NCBI RefSeq assembly: GCF_009914755.1
Contig: NC_060931.1
Source of the DNA: the human T2T-CHM13v2.0 reference genome, Homo sapiens
Reading direction: 5' to 3' (one strand)
Length of the DNA stretch: 64,000 bases
The notes under the pieces: model-generated
Databases searched by the model: none
Seen by the model: only the letters and a program-made list of their open reading frames with translations
What the model was told of the DNA's origin: nothing
Translations under genes and position numbers: made by a program
Shown here: piece after piece, positions 1 through 21,394 of the stretch
How positions within the stretch are numbered: position 1 is the first letter of the stretch
Layout of the letters: each line of letters begins with the position of its first letter

Positions 1-511
1 AAAGTTTTTTTTAACTATATTATTTCAGCTAAACTCTTTTTCTAATCATTTAGCAATAACACTCATAATTTGAGGATAGACGTCATTGTGTTAAATCGAA
101 ACAGTATGTGGTCAGCACCAGTATACTTGCGGGGATATGCACCCAGGTAGAAGTTAATCATTATGTTCTTAAAGACCATTAGAAAAGTAATCTGAGAGTT
201 AGTTTTATAGTTTTTTAGTTAGTTTCTTGTGAAAGCCATTATAGAGCATAGTGAAAAGGAGGGAAGTGAAAAAGGTCTCAGGGAATTAGGTATCCATGTT
301 AGCTAAATGGCATTTCACTCTTGAGACCTAAGTTAACACTTGATTTCTGGGCTTTTGGTTTTACATGCCAAACAATGAGGCTGTTATACTTTTTAAATAA
401 TCTATGCAATGCAATTCATCTGTTTTCATATATTATCTGAGTTCATTGTGAAAAGTTCAACCTATTTTTTGAAAAAGCTGATATTTTAGAGATCAGAGTT
501 TAAAAAGTTTA

Positions 512-670
512 GTGGGAAGATGATTAGGATAGAAAAACTAACTATTGGATACTATCCTTATTACCTGGGTGATGAAATAATACATACATCAAACCCCCGT
601 GACATGCAATTTATCTGTATAACCAACTTGCACATGTACCCCTGAAACTCAAAAAAATTTTAAAAACTTT
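512..670 (+). mobile_element. L1 3'-terminal fragment (old L1PA/L1PB type)
   Basis: tacctgggtgatgaaataat...aaacccccgtgacatgcaattt...cttgcacatgtacccctgaa followed by an A-rich tail: typical L1PA13-16/L1PB 3' end. Confidence 0.8.
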
Positions 671-785
671 AAAGCTATGTAAACAACACAGAAAACAAAC
701 AAGAACACATCAAGGTGACATGACATGGAAACTCCATTTCACTCTTGAGTCACTTTCAATCGGATTTTATGACCAATAAGAATGA

Positions 786-925
786 CCACAAAAATAACTA
801 TATGAGAAAAGGCAATCATTAATTAGCTAGATTTAACCATTCCACGATGTATATGTAATTCAAAACATCATGTTATACACAGAAACATACAATGTTATCT
901 TTCAATTTAAAAAATAATGAGAAAA
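786..925 (+). mobile_element. L1MA-type 3'-terminal fragment
   Basis: accacaaaaataactat...ttaattagctagatttaaccattccacgatgtatatg...caaaacatcatgtt followed by an A-rich end. Confidence 0.75.
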
Positions 926-1539
926 AATACAGATATCTTCTACTATTTCCTACTGAAACACAATGGTCAAGTCTAAAATATTTTTTCTGATTCTTCAATA
1001 TTCTACCTTCCAGAGTAGATAAGATAGGGCCTCTATGTGATTTCTAAAGTCATTTGTTGTTTTAAGTTGACAAAATCACAAAGTTAGGTTAACCTCAATG
1101 AGCTTAATGTGTTACAGGGAATATGTAATGCTTCTGAATTTGAAAAATCTTATAAAATTTTTTTATGCAAATACGTATGTAAATCAAAATACATAATACA
1201 AAATACATGACATTCTCTTCCTATCCATGTGGAATAAGATTTCAACTCTTTAAACTGATCTACAAGGTCTTTTATGATAGACCCTCCTGTGTCTCCAATC
1301 TAGTTTCTTCAAGGAAAAAAAAAAATTCCTCAAAAAATATAACTCTTGTTTCCTTGAAAGGGAAGGATCTCTCAACATTGCTACTAAAACGAAACATAAC
1401 AAAACAAACACACACATAATTTTTTTAAAATATACCTCTCTTGGTGGTTTCTTCTCTTTAATTAGAACTTTAACCATACCCTTACATAGAATATTTTCCG
1501 GTATTCCCTGTCTCCAGGGTTCCTCATACCATCAGCTTA

Positions 1540-2692
1540 CCAAACCAACTCCACTGTTATTCAATGTCTGAGCATCGTTTTTTGTTCTTTTATAATATAT
1601 ATCAAAATTTGCCATATTCAATCACTACTTCCCAATTCTTATTTTAATAACCACGTGGTAGCATTTGACCTCCACCTTATATTCTTCCATCTCGTAGATT
1701 TTATGACACCATTTTCTCTGGGTTTTCCTCCCACCTCACAGGCTCTTCTTTTCAATCTGATTTGTTGATCTCTCACAAACCTCTACATGTTGTTTGCTCC
1801 ATGGTTCAGCTCAAGGGCCACATCTCCCTTCTAACTGCACTCTCCTCTTCCGTGATCATATCCAGTCCTGTGACCATGTATCATCTAGTGAGTGATAACT
1901 TCCAGATATATATCACCTGATCCTCCCCAATCTTCCCTACCTTGTTGATGACACTACCACCCATGCAATGTGTCAAGCCTCACTCTACAATCAGCCTTCT
2001 TTCTTCTCATTCTCTCATCCTTCACTGCAAGTCCTATTGGTTCTGCTGTGTGCACTGAGACCATCTTGGTTGGATTCACCATCATCACTCATCTTGACTA
2101 TTGCAAAAGATGGATTCCCTTCTTTTAGTCTTAATTTCCTGCAAGTCTGGCCCTTTAAAACCTAAATTAGTCAGATTAGCTTCTGCTTAAAATCTCCTAA
2201 AGTCTTCCCATTATACTTTGAATAAAATCCAATCTGTATGCCATAGCTCAACAAAAGTGACAACTGCCTCTTGAACTTCAGCTTATACTCCTCCCCTCCC
2301 ACTCACTAAGATCTGCCACAGAGTCTTCTTCATGTTCCTGGAGTACCTAGTGTGTGTCTTCCTTAAGGCCTTCCTACTCCTCATTTCCTCTGCTTGGAAT
2401 GTTCTTGCTCTGGCCTTTCACAATTTGGCCTCATCTCATCATTCAGGCCTCCAGTCAGATGTTTCCTCCATACACAGGTCTTTTCTGACAATTCTCCTTA
2501 AAACACTCCAGTCACTGTCATGTTATTCCTGTTTTGTTCACTGTCCTTACTGTTTTAAAAGTTATCTTTTTTCATTTTTTTACTTTTTTATTTGTCTTCC
2601 TTTTGCTAGCTCTATGAGGGCAGACATCTTAGTTTTCTAATTCCATACTTCCTGAACAATTGCTAGCATGCAGATGGCCCTTAGTAAATGGG
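1540..2692 (+). mobile_element. L2 LINE relic
   Basis: gcatttgac, tatgacaccattttctctgggttttcctcccacctc, tctgcttggaatgttctt, ctctatgagggcag, and a degenerate L2 3' end. Confidence 0.75.
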
Positions 2693-2912
2693 AGATGTTA
2701 AACGATTGTATCTACATAACATAAAGCCACCGTATCATGTTATATCATTCTTCCCCAAAAGGCTAAGATACCCAGAGTGTGGGTCTACCAAGGTCATTCA
2801 CTGTTTTTGTTGTTGTTGTTTGTTTTGTTTTTGTATTTTAGGGCATCTTAGGAATAACTCTGATAGCACAGTCACAGTGAGTATGCTGGGCCCAGGACTC
2901 TTGGTTTTAATG

Positions 2913-3340
2913 TGTATTTATTTGCTCCAGCTGCCAAAACAAAGTACCACAAATTGGGTGGCTTAAACAACAGAAATTTGTTGTCTCATAGTTCTGGAGG
3001 CTAAAAGTCTGAGACCAAGGCATCATCAAGCTTGGTCACTGTGAGAGGTGTTAGGGAAAACCTCTTCTATGCCTCTCTCCCAACTCCTGTGGTTTGCTGT
3101 CAATCTTTGCTGTCTCTCACCTGATCTCTGCCTTCGTGTTTGTGTGGCATTCTCCCTGTGTGTGTCTGTCTCCACTTTTTCCTTTTGCATAAGGACACAA
3201 GTCATACTGGATTAGGAGCCCATCCTATTTCAGTATGACTTCATCTTCACTACTTACATCTGTAATGACTCCACAAATGAGGTCACATACTGAGGTAATA
3301 AGAATTAAGACATCAACATAAGAATTTTAGGGAGATGTAA
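2913..3340 (-). mobile_element. MLT1 (MLT1B/C-like) MaLR solo LTR
   Basis: tgtatt...aaagtaccacaaattgggtggcttaaacaacagaaatt...ttctggaggct...ataaggacacaagtcatactggattagg. Confidence 0.85.
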
Positions 3341-4215
3341 ATATTCCTGGAAAGCAAATAGAGTTCTTCCTAAAGAAAAGTGTAGGAAACTATGATTTGA
3401 GAACATGACCCTACTTTAATTTTATTAAATTATTAAGGATATTATAGGTGTATTCCTTAAAACACAGATGTGCTTTATAAATTCATATCTTGTGGTTTAA
3501 ATGTACCAAAAGGAGCTTTATATTCTATGGCAATTTTCAGAGTTAAAATGTTAGTTTGCTCTTTATCTACTTTTGTGGCTGCTACAAGGAATTTAGATCC
3601 ACTATACTGATAATTCACACAGAAAAAAAGAAAATATAGGTATTAATCATCTCAAAAAATAAAACCTTCCATATTCTGTGGACTATAAATTAGTCTGATT
3701 AGTGTAGCAAATAGAAATGTACACGCTAAGCCACACAGACTAATTGTAGCCATCATTCAGCAAAATAAGTTCTTTTCCATTTACAGTAGAAAGGAAAGGG
3801 AAAATGGAAAACAGGGCTATTCTGATGGTGTGCAGTCAGATATGGAATATTAATGCTTTGGAATAATGGATTAGAAGACAGGCTGAGGCAGCAGTAGAAA
3901 ACTAGGACTCAGGGATAACTAAAGTGAAGGAAAATCATATCCAAATAATAATTGGATCTGTGCCCCTAGGTATCAGTCAAGACCACTTTCCTGAATGTGA
4001 TTTTTTTCTAACAATTTCTTGATTCAACCCAACAGTTTATTTTTTAACAACACTAATTTCTAATAAATAGAATCTACAGATCTCTGAGAATACATTCCTA
4101 TAAAACATAGATAAGGAAGGAAGGAAATTACATCTTCAATTTTGGTCTGTGTCTTAAACAGGAGGAATATTTTAAGGTCATATTTTCATACATTTTACAT
4201 AGGAATACTATGTTT

Positions 4216-4641
4216 TGTATTAATTTGCCAGGGTAGGCTAACAACTATTGCAAATAATTCCTAAATCTCAGTGGTTTAACATAAGAAATGTTTATTTATC
4301 AGTTACATCGCATCCCAGTGCAGACCAGCAAAGAGCTGTGCAGTTATTCAGGGGCCAGGATCCTTTTGACCGGTAGCTTTCCCATTTCCTAAGGCCTCAG
4401 AGTCTTCTCACAGCTCTTGTTCACCTGGTGAGGCAAGAGAGTGAGCAAAAAGTATTACCCAGGATATTCTTATATACCAGGACTCTAAGTGGCAAACATC
4501 ACCTTTACTCACATTCATGGACCAGACCTCAGTCACATAACCCCACCCCACTGTAAAGGAGGCTGCAATCTAAAGTCTACCTCTCAACCTAAGAGGAAAA
4601 AGGAACAGAAATTTAACAACCTATAGCAGTTTCCCTGTCAC
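4216..4641 (-). mobile_element. Old MLT1 (J/K/L-like) LTR
   Basis: tgtatt start; taaatctcagtggtttaaca, cacattcatggaccagacctcagtcacat; ends ...tcaca. Confidence 0.65.
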
Positions 4642-5199
4642 ACACTAGAATCATAGTAATTCTATATTTCTCTTAATCACAGTGGGTGGGAGATGATAGA
4701 TAAATAGATAGATAGACAAATACAGAAAAGCATGTGTGGAGGGGTTCTTACCACGTAAACACCCAACTTGTTTCTTCAGTTATTTTAGAAATATTTATTT
4801 GCACATAAAAATGTAATGGAAAATCTGACAGTGAAGAGGCTTGCCATTGTTTAAATTCATGTTTTGATAAGCCTTTTTATTTGAAAATAATACAAAATTT
4901 TCATGGAAATGATTGATAATGCATGCTTCTAGTTATTTTAGATAGCCTTTTCCCCAATTCACCCTATAAGTGAAGTTTTGTTAGCCTGAGCTGCTTTAAG
5001 ATGGCAAAAATCTCAAATGTGCTAATGCTAAGAGCACTATATATCAGTGCATTATATTTGCACTGATCAGTATTTCATCCTACTTTTTTTTTCCTTTTCA
5101 CAACACTTATAATTAACTAAATAATCTGTGCTTCTTTCCCCTAGGAACTATCTTTGTTAATGTTGCTGAGATTTTGTCAGCTTGTGTGACTGGAAAACA

Positions 5200-5590
5200 A
5201 TAGGTGCATTATAGCCTATCTGAATGTTGCTTAGAGAAATGGAAAGATTGAAAAGTCTTCTTGCTAGGGACTGGTATTTTTTCTTGAAGGTCAACAGTAA
5301 TGTTTGGTTTCTAGAAGAAAGGAGTCTTGATGGATTTTTACCATGGAAACATTTACATGTAGAGATATGTTGCCATGTGTACTCCAGAGACACAGATCTA
5401 TTCCACCATGATCATAGCCAACCAGCAGAAAAATTATATAATGGAAGTCTTACAACTTTTCTTAGGCGGTGTCATGCCCCTCTGAGGCATTGCTGGAGAA
5501 ATTACAGTTCCATAATGAGACTCATAATTCATGTCAGCCCCAAGCCTTTTCATTCATTTATAAATGTTTTAGAGCTCTATGATTCATAAT
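5200..5590 (+). mobile_element. Probable CR1/L3 3' relic
   Basis: ttgaagg...atgttt...ctagaagaaaggagtct and tgtgtactccagag resemble the L3 3' region; ends in ctctatgattc, like the CR1 ATTCTATG terminus. Confidence 0.45.
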
Positions 5591-7409
5591 GCCATAAGCT
5601 GGCTTTCTTTCAGAACTGTCATGCTCTCATTAATGCCAACCATTCCTGCTTCTCGCCAAGAGACAAGCCCTGCAGTAATATATCATAAAGTTTAGTGCTT
5701 TCCTTGAATTACTATAGTCAAAATTATTTTTCTAGGTACTAAGTTAGTACAAAAGAACAGGTTTTAGAAAAATATTAAATATTGAGAAAGAAATCAGGAA
5801 AGCAAAGAAAGATCTCTACCACATCCAAGATGTCATTTTAGAGTTATTTTCCATTTTATCATAATGCACATTTTCTTTATATGTGAGAACTGTTATGCCC
5901 TAAGAAAATGATAAACTTTAACATTGAACTGGTATGAAATTAAAATGAAATGAGCTATCTAAAGTACAAGGCTTAGAATGAAAGTCTTTTGGGCAACAAT
6001 CTTATTTTTGTATTTTATGTCCATCCTAAAAAATAATGTTTACAATGCATTTTCTTTTTTAGAAAACTTCATTCAGTAATTTTAGTTAATTAAAAAGATT
6101 AAATATTATTCTATTAAGCAACACAAAGCAGTTCTTAAAACCAGTTGAAGTTATGTAACATAAAACACATGTTGTCGAGTTGCAGGTAACACTTTCATTT
6201 GTGATTCATTATCTCCATGTGTTGCTCTTCACTGGCAATATCCTCTCCAAGGTTCATTTGCCGTTCTACTCAGCAGGACCAATTTGTTATCTCCTGAATC
6301 AAAATATGGCACAGCAGTGTGACACTGAAGACATGATCTTGTATTTTATTCAATTCCACAAAATTCAGTGGACCCACCTATTATTTGAAAGGTTCACTGG
6401 AGGCTCTATTTTGCTAGTTTCTGAGCCAATTCAGATTCAAGCAGGAAGTTTTTAACAGCTTAGATGCCCCACACAGCTGGGTTTACCACTGGGCTCCTCT
6501 GCCATATCTGGAATCCCATGACCCACAGATGACTGCTGTGGGTTTTTGTTATTGATCTTCCTGCTGCCTTACATTGTTAAAAGACAGCCTGATTTCTTTG
6601 CCTGAGTTTTAATCCATTACCTCACTCTGAATCTTGACTTCACATCTAAGCACTCTTCTGCTTAGACTTTCTCCATGATGTGGAATCTCGTGTCAGACCC
6701 TAGCTCCAAAACTGGAGCTTTGCTGTTGATGGATATGTATTCTAATAAAGAATATCCTCTCTGTGAGTCCAGTATGGATTACTAGCTGGACACTCTAACA
6801 CCAAGTTGAAGTGATGATGGTCAGGCTAATTTTCTGTAAGACACAGAGCCTCAGAATCTTTGCTTTTCTAATTGTCTACCTTTTGGCTATGGATCCAAGG
6901 AAGAAAGCATTGTTTTGTGAATTTTATGTTTTTCTATTTTACTATGAATCAAATTATACAAAAATTGTATGTTTCTGAATATAGGAAAGAAGAAGGTAAA
7001 GATGAAAAAAAAATTTCTGTTTTCACCGTGGCCTCAGGAAAAAACAACAGTGGGGAGAAGAACAGAGAACAGGGGAAACACGGATTCCACAGATAGGAAG
7101 CAAATTAGAAGTTTGTTCTAGTATCCCTAAATTATTTCCAGTCAATTCTCTTTTTTTCTCTTCAGAATAGAACAAATAATAATTTTTTAAAAATCTAACT
7201 TAGAAAATATACTAGTAAGCAACTGGGGAGATAGTGCTTAACATCAGAGTGGAGCCTTTACTCTAATTTTAGCTTGATTCTCTTTACTTTATTCTCCTTA
7301 TGCATTAACATTGTAGGCTAAGCAATAATGTTTTCAATTAATCCCAAATATGTTACTGTAGTCTATCAGTTGAATTTATTTTAGCAGTTACCTAGTGGAT
7401 AACTAATAA

Positions 7410-7630
7410 GTTAATTGAGGGCTTATGATAGTCTAGGAAAGTTTCTAAACATTTTATGCATATGAAATACTTTGCTCTCCTTTAGTCTACATGAGGTATT
7501 GTCATCATTCTCATTTTACAGATAAGAAATGTAACGCACAAAGAGGTTAAGGAACTTATACAAGTTTGCACATCTATTATGTGATAGTACAGATTTGAAT
7601 GCAGGTGGCCTGTCACCACAGTCTACATTA
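7410..7630 (-). mobile_element. MIR
   Basis: attctcattttacagataagaaa...agaggttaaggaactt...agatttgaatgcagg MIR core. Confidence 0.8.
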
Positions 7631-7921
7631 AATTCTGTGGCCATGCACATACCGTATTTGTACATATTAGAATTTATCTCAATGGTTCTAATACTAAACA
7701 TCAATGACTAAAGAAACAGAGTATATCTACTGCACAATGTATGCAAATGTCTGTTTGTAAATACTTGAAGCACTGCTGCTTTGCATGCAAAACTTTGGCA
7801 ATTTTTGCAAATAAGGCAAATTCACATTTCACATTTCATGGTAATTTTTATTCATTTTACTCTTCAAACAAGCTCTCTTTCTTATTTTAATAGGAAATGA
7901 TAAATTTATCATGCAATTCAG

Positions 7922-8085
7922 CAGTGTTTTTTAAAAGTGTGTTCCATGGAACATGTATCTCAAAATCCGATATTCAGATTCTTAGATTTTCACCCCAAAT
8001 CCTCTGTACAAGAATCTGAGGTGGAGCCTAAGAATCTACATTTTTACAAGTTCCTATGGTGTGTCTAATGCTTCTAGAGTTTGAT
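7922..8085. mobile_element. MER5-type hAT-Charlie MITE
   Basis: cagtgtttttt aaagtgtg start; agaatctgaggtggagcctaagaatctacatttttacaagttcc. Confidence 0.7.
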
Positions 8086-9125
8086 TCAGAGGGTGCAGAG
8101 ATTCCTGGCAGGGTTTCAATTTATCATTACTGCCTGCTGTAATTTAGACTAATTAGATAGAATACATTAACTTTCCACTCTTGAGTCCTAATTATTTTCC
8201 TAAGACATACAACCTATTTAAGTGACTTCCAAACAATTCATACAACCTTGACCTCTCCTATCCAGATCACAAAAATATATATAATAATGAAAATTCACAA
8301 GCTTGTGACCAACCCAAGATTATCCAATGAGTAAAATCCAACATTTTACTCATAAGTAAAAATGTTTCCCTCACTGCCTCAGAAGACATATCATTTATAG
8401 TTTCCTCCTTCAAGCTTTTTTTTAAGTTTAATTTACCTTGAATTAATTCTTGGCTAAGCACTGACTCTAAATATTTTATAGCCTGCTTTCTGCATTTGTC
8501 TTAAATCTAGATTTTTTCCCCTAGTGATTCTTTTGAGTAAAGCTTTTTAAGTTTTTCTGAAAAGTTTAAAAGTATTTTGAGCAGAATAGTTTCCCACCAA
8601 GTTTATTTCCTCCCATTGTATATTACATTATCTAACTAACTTCATTCCTGCTTAGCCGTAAAGTCAACTAGTCATAGTTAAAGTCAATTCTAAAGTCAGG
8701 AGATACTATAATCAACAGAGCATTGGACCACAGCCTGCTTAAATTTCTGAAAACAAGACTTCCTATACATGGTCCGATTGGTATGCAGAATAAGTGATGA
8801 ATGCTAGAATCCCAAACAATTGCTGTGACGGGGGCTGAAACAGATGTTACAACTAAATATTTGAAAAGTAACACAGAAAGGACATACTGAGAGGCAATTG
8901 TGAATGATGCAGATTATTTATGAACTGCCAAGAAAAATAAGAAGAGGAACAGATCTTCCAGGTAATATCAGGGTTAACATGATTAATTTTGAAAGAGGCA
9001 CTGGTCAAATCTAAGGCATTATTAAGTAGAAAATAGTGCTGAGCATAAAGCACAGTCCTCACAATCATTCGGAAAAGAATACAACATGAGAATATATTTT
9101 GTGAACCATGAGGTCTGTGAAGGCT

Positions 9126-9180
9126 TTATTATTATTATTATTATTATTATTATCATTATCATCAGTAGTAGTAGTAGTAT
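9126..9180. repeat. Compound trinucleotide microsatellite (ATT)n(ATC)n(AGT)n
   Basis: Read directly; source of the poly-Ile/Leu run in ORF 9022-9243. Confidence 0.95.
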
Positions 9181-9792
9181 ACATTGAAAGAACAAGTAGT
9201 CAAACATTGAACCTTTCAACCTAGTGTTAAATTTGTATTTCAATATAGGTCACATTGGCAATTTTAAGGAATTGTTTTATGTCTTTAATCACATTGACAT
9301 ATCATTACAAATGTTGACTAAAATAGATTGACCATTATGTGACACAACTGGAATTCTCTTAGAGATTTGGGAAGGTAATTAATGAAATTTAACCCTAGAT
9401 ATAGTGCTTCCAGCAATTTTTTATTGGGTTAGAGAAGTGTTTCTTTCAAAGGCTTTACCTTTTATATCAATGGTAAATATGAATTATGTATAAATGGTAA
9501 ATATAAATATGAATTTTGAAAAGATGTCACCATTATACTATTAATATAACATGTTACATTCAGAGCCTATTAGCTTGTGATAAAGTCACTTAATTCCAGT
9601 AACATCTCCTGTAATGGAGTAAGTAGATAATTTTTGGCAACATCTAGTAATACAAACATATTTACTTATATTACATCATTGTAAAATATTCTTGTTAAAT
9701 GAATTATCTGCATTGAGGGAGTATACAAGATGCATGTTTATTATAACCTATAATTTTGAAACAAATGGTTGCCATTAAAAAATTTATTTTCT

Positions 9793-12985
<3,193 letters not shown>

Positions 12986-12989
12986 ATAA

Positions 12990-13375
12990 AAAATTTGAAC
13001 TCATGGAAACAAAGAGTAGAATGGTGATTATCCATGGTTGGGGGCTGGAGATGGGGAAAGAGAAGATGTTGGTCACAGAATACAAAGTTTCAGTTAGACA
13101 AAAAATAGTCCTATTTTTAGCTCTAGCAAGCATTTTACTGGTCCATTGTGCTACACGGTGACCATATTTAATAATATTATATAGTATATTTCAAACTTGC
13201 TAAAAGATTGGATTTTAAATATTTCACCACAAAAAACAATTAGTAGATGAGGTGATAGATATGTTAATTAGCTTGATTTAATCTTGATTTAACTTATACA
13301 ATGTATGGATGTATCAAAACATCATATTGTACCCCATATAAATACAATTACTATCTGTTAATTAAAAATTTTAAA
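12990..13375 (+). mobile_element. Second L1MA-type 3' end in tandem
   Basis: gaactcatggaaac..agagtagaatggtg...ttcagttagac...ttaattagcttgatttaatc...aaaacatcatattgtacccc. Confidence 0.8.
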
Positions 13376-14232
13376 AGGTAGGTGTTTTGAAACACTAAGT
13401 TTTGAGGACAGTTTGTAATAAAGCAATGGCTGATGTCCCAATGGTCATTGTGTTCCCCAAAGTGTTTATGCTGGTTGTATTGCTTTATTATTACATAATT
13501 TAATTAAATATTACTTTAAAAGGATGAGAAAAACTATAATTTCCTAGTAAATTTTGCATCTATCCTTCAGAATCCACTCTAATAACGAATTAACTGCTCC
13601 CTTAAGGGCCCAAATTTAAAAAGATACAATTCTGACCTAGCTATTCAAAACCCTCCTTTTTGTCAGAGGCTACTTGTCTATTTTCTGACCTAAAACTTCT
13701 TTGAAGTCATCAAGCTCATTCTTATGGTTACCTACCTGGGACTTAGATTTAAATAGAATGTTTCAGAGTTTCTAGCTTTCTGGCTCTTCTTTCAGCAGTG
13801 TCTGGCCACCACCAATCATGTTCCCACTAACACACCATACACACTGAACTCGAATTATTTTGATCAGAACTGAAATGACACCTGCTCAAATGCTTGGGTC
13901 TTTTATTTCGTACAGCTCAATTCCTTGCTCTTCACTTTCTTCCTTTGGCCAAAACTGTGATGAACTTCTCCCTGGTAAGGAAATCTAAGACTAATAATAG
14001 CTTATTTAGCAGAGAAGCTCCATCCTCAGTGGCCGGGGATATTTGAGAGTCTTATTTATAATCAAGACATACCTTTAAATCATATCCTAGTATTTAAGCA
14101 TTTTACTGAATTAGATAACAACTCAGTTAAATAATCTATACTTGTGCTATTGAAACACATTAAGCAACTCACAATTTAGATTTTTTAAAATTGGTATTTT
14201 TTTTTCTCCTTCCTTCCTTCCTTCCTCTCTCT

Positions 14233-14402
14233 CAAAAATGGATCACTTCTGTTCACATTCCACTGGGGAGGACTGGTCACATGGTCCTACTTGGACGCAA
14301 AGAGAATTTGGAAGTACAATCATTATCTGGGCAATTGCTTCACAACTCTAAACTATGGGAAAGGAAGCCCAAATTTTGGTGGTCAGTTGTCTGTCTCTGT
14401 CT
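14233..14402 (-). mobile_element. Old MLT1 LTR fragment
   Basis: cacttctgttcacattccactgg..aggactggtcacatgg...ttttggtggtcag. Confidence 0.6.
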
Positions 14403-15595
14403 AAGAGACAAAAATCTCTTTAAAAAGTCTCTGCTAAGACCAACAGTCTTAGCTTTCCATAGATATACACAAACTCTTCTTTTGTTACTACTTCAGTTTT
14501 AACTCTTGTGTTCAGTGTACGCTAAAGTAGTGTAGAAAATTTAGAAAACAATATTCAAGAATCTGTAGTTTATCCACTTCTTAGAAAAGACACTTCAACG
14601 ACTAATCTTTCAAAGTACTTTGTATTTCTGCTTTTTAGTCCTATATTCTTAAATTATAAAATAATTTAGCAACTAAGTTGTGAGTTCTAACGTTAATTAT
14701 TCTCTTGTGATGCATTTCATCTCAGCTAGGATATATGTTCCCAGCTCATTAACATTTCCTGGTTATTAGCATTTCCCATTAAACTTCCTCAATAGGTCAA
14801 GTCTACGCTGATTTCAATGTAGTTGCCTGTGAATACCATAAAGAATGGTAACAGGGAAAAAATATATAGAATCAGAATTACTCTGCAAAGAGGCCCTAAT
14901 TAGGTTCTCTCGATTCATAGAAATAGATCTTTTATCAGTGATAACACAATGCAATTAGGAAAGGTCTCTTGTAACTTGCCGTGGGTGTAGTCAGCTGATA
15001 GTAATGTTTCTTTTAGCAAACACTTCAGTAAACAGTGTCTCATCAGTTTTATTGTTATAATTCCTTCTCATAAGAATTGCCATCTAATTCAATATTTAGA
15101 ACTAAACTATGTTAATACCAATGGCTTTACAGTTAACTCCAACTTTTTAAAAATTTGAAACTTCACTTTGTGGCTTTTTGAAGCATATTTCGTACACTTA
15201 TTAAACGCCTTCTAACAGACCTTCTATTTATCTAATACTTTAAGGATGTGTTGTTCTGCATGGAAATAACATATTGAAAACAATGGTACTGGTATTGCAA
15301 TTAGGGCTGACAAAATAGCTTTTCATCTTTTTCATTTAATATTTATAACACTGTTGTGAGGCTCACAGTATGACTTGCCAACAGAAACACAACTGGTCAG
15401 TAAAAGAACTAATTTTAAGTTCAAGTCATATATTCCCAAAAAGTAAGTAGATCTTTGCATTATGATGACCATTTAAGTTTTTTTTATAATGCATAAACCT
15501 GAAATAATTTGAGAGTCATGAAGTTGAGTTATTAATAGCAAATGCATAGAAATATATCAGTAAATATGTAAAGCGTCAATCAAAAATAAGGCTCG

Positions 15596-15801
15596 GCAGC
15601 CTGGGCAACATAACAAAAAGACATTACAACATATCAACAAAAAGATTAGATGTGGTGGTGCGTGCCTGTAGTCCTAGTTATTTAGGAGGCTAAAGCGTGC
15701 GGATCACTTGAGCCCAGGACGTCAAGGCTTTAGTGAGCTATGATTGTGCCACTGCACTCCAGCCTGGGCAACAGAGCAAGATCCTGTCTCCAAAAGAAAA
15801 G
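15596..15801 (+). mobile_element. 5'-truncated AluJ
   Basis: ggatcacttgagcccagga, gtcaaggct, agtgagctatgat are AluJ diagnostics. Confidence 0.9.
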
Positions 15802-15839
15802 ACTTGACATGATAATTACCTGCATGAAATCAGTAATGA

Positions 15840-16290
15840 GGAGGACATTGTGTATGGAGTCCATGAGGGAATTGAAATACATGGGACAGAGGGAACAGAG
15901 GGGAAGAAAGCAGTAAAAAAAGAGACTAGAGCAGCTAAAGGAGACCTAACTCTGAGTCTGGCAGAGAAATTTAGACTTACTAACGAGAGAGTAGCAAATC
16001 AATATGAATTCTTGAGATACAAGTATTCAGGGAAAGTGCTTTGAAGAAGAGGGAACTTGTCAGTGGACTTCGTGATTGCTTGAAAATAAAAAGGCCAAAG
16101 TCAGCCAGTCTGTAGCCACCAGGTTGAGATGTGAAGAAAATTTAGACACTGTGGCAATGGAGTGAAGCAAATGATCAACCTAGGCTCAGGACTATATTGG
16201 ACTTAAGGAGTAAATGACAGTAAAATATTAAAGACAGAGCCCCACAGTTTTAGCCAAGGGGCCAGAAAAATGTGAGATTTAAGGAGGGAC
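15840..16290 (-). mobile_element. L2 relic
   Basis: Purine-rich degenerate L2 antisense motifs (gtggcaatggag, attggacttaagg, ttaaagacagagccccacagtttt). Confidence 0.45.
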
Positions 16291-16359
16291 TTGTTTAAAA
16301 AAATAAGGTTGAAGTCTAATAGTCAAATTTCAACCTAGTGATGTCAAAATAAATACCTT

Positions 16360-21000
<4,641 letters not shown>

Positions 21001-21054
21001 CATTCAATAAATATTTTATTTCTAATGTAAGGGCTTTTCTGTTAATTAACTGAT

Positions 21055-21394
21055 TTCTTTCTTTTTTCTTTTTCTTTTCTTTCTTTCTTTTCTTTTTATA
21101 GTTTTTATTTATTTATTTTTTTTGAGACTGGGTCTCTAGTGCCCAGGCTGGGGTGTAGTGGCATGATCTTGGCTCAAAAGATCATCCCATCTCAGTCTCC
21201 TGAGTAGTTGGTACTACAGGCATGCACACCATTCCTAGCTGTGTGTGTGTATGCGTGTGTGTGTGCATGTGTGTGTGTATGTATTTTTTGTAGAGTCAGA
21301 GGTCTTGCTATGTTGCCCAGGCTGTTCTTAAACTCTTGAGCTCGAGCAATCCACCTGCCTAAGACTCCCAAGGCATCAGCCACTGTGCCCTGCA
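21055..21394 (-). mobile_element. AluJ with internal deletions and an imperfect (TG)n in the central linker
   Basis: ttgctatgttgcccaggctg, ctcgagcaatccacctgcct; TG tract at 21240-21283. Confidence 0.9.

Noticed and set aside
5043-5067. Hairpin ATCAGTGCA-ttatatt-TGCACTGAT
   Set aside because: A 9-bp stem is too short for a pre-miRNA and is expected by chance in 64 kb
6440-6800. Possible ancient LTR (AATAAA, ends ...aaca); a similar unassigned tract lies at ~46570-47300
   Set aside because: Could not match either to a family with confidence; needs a Dfam search
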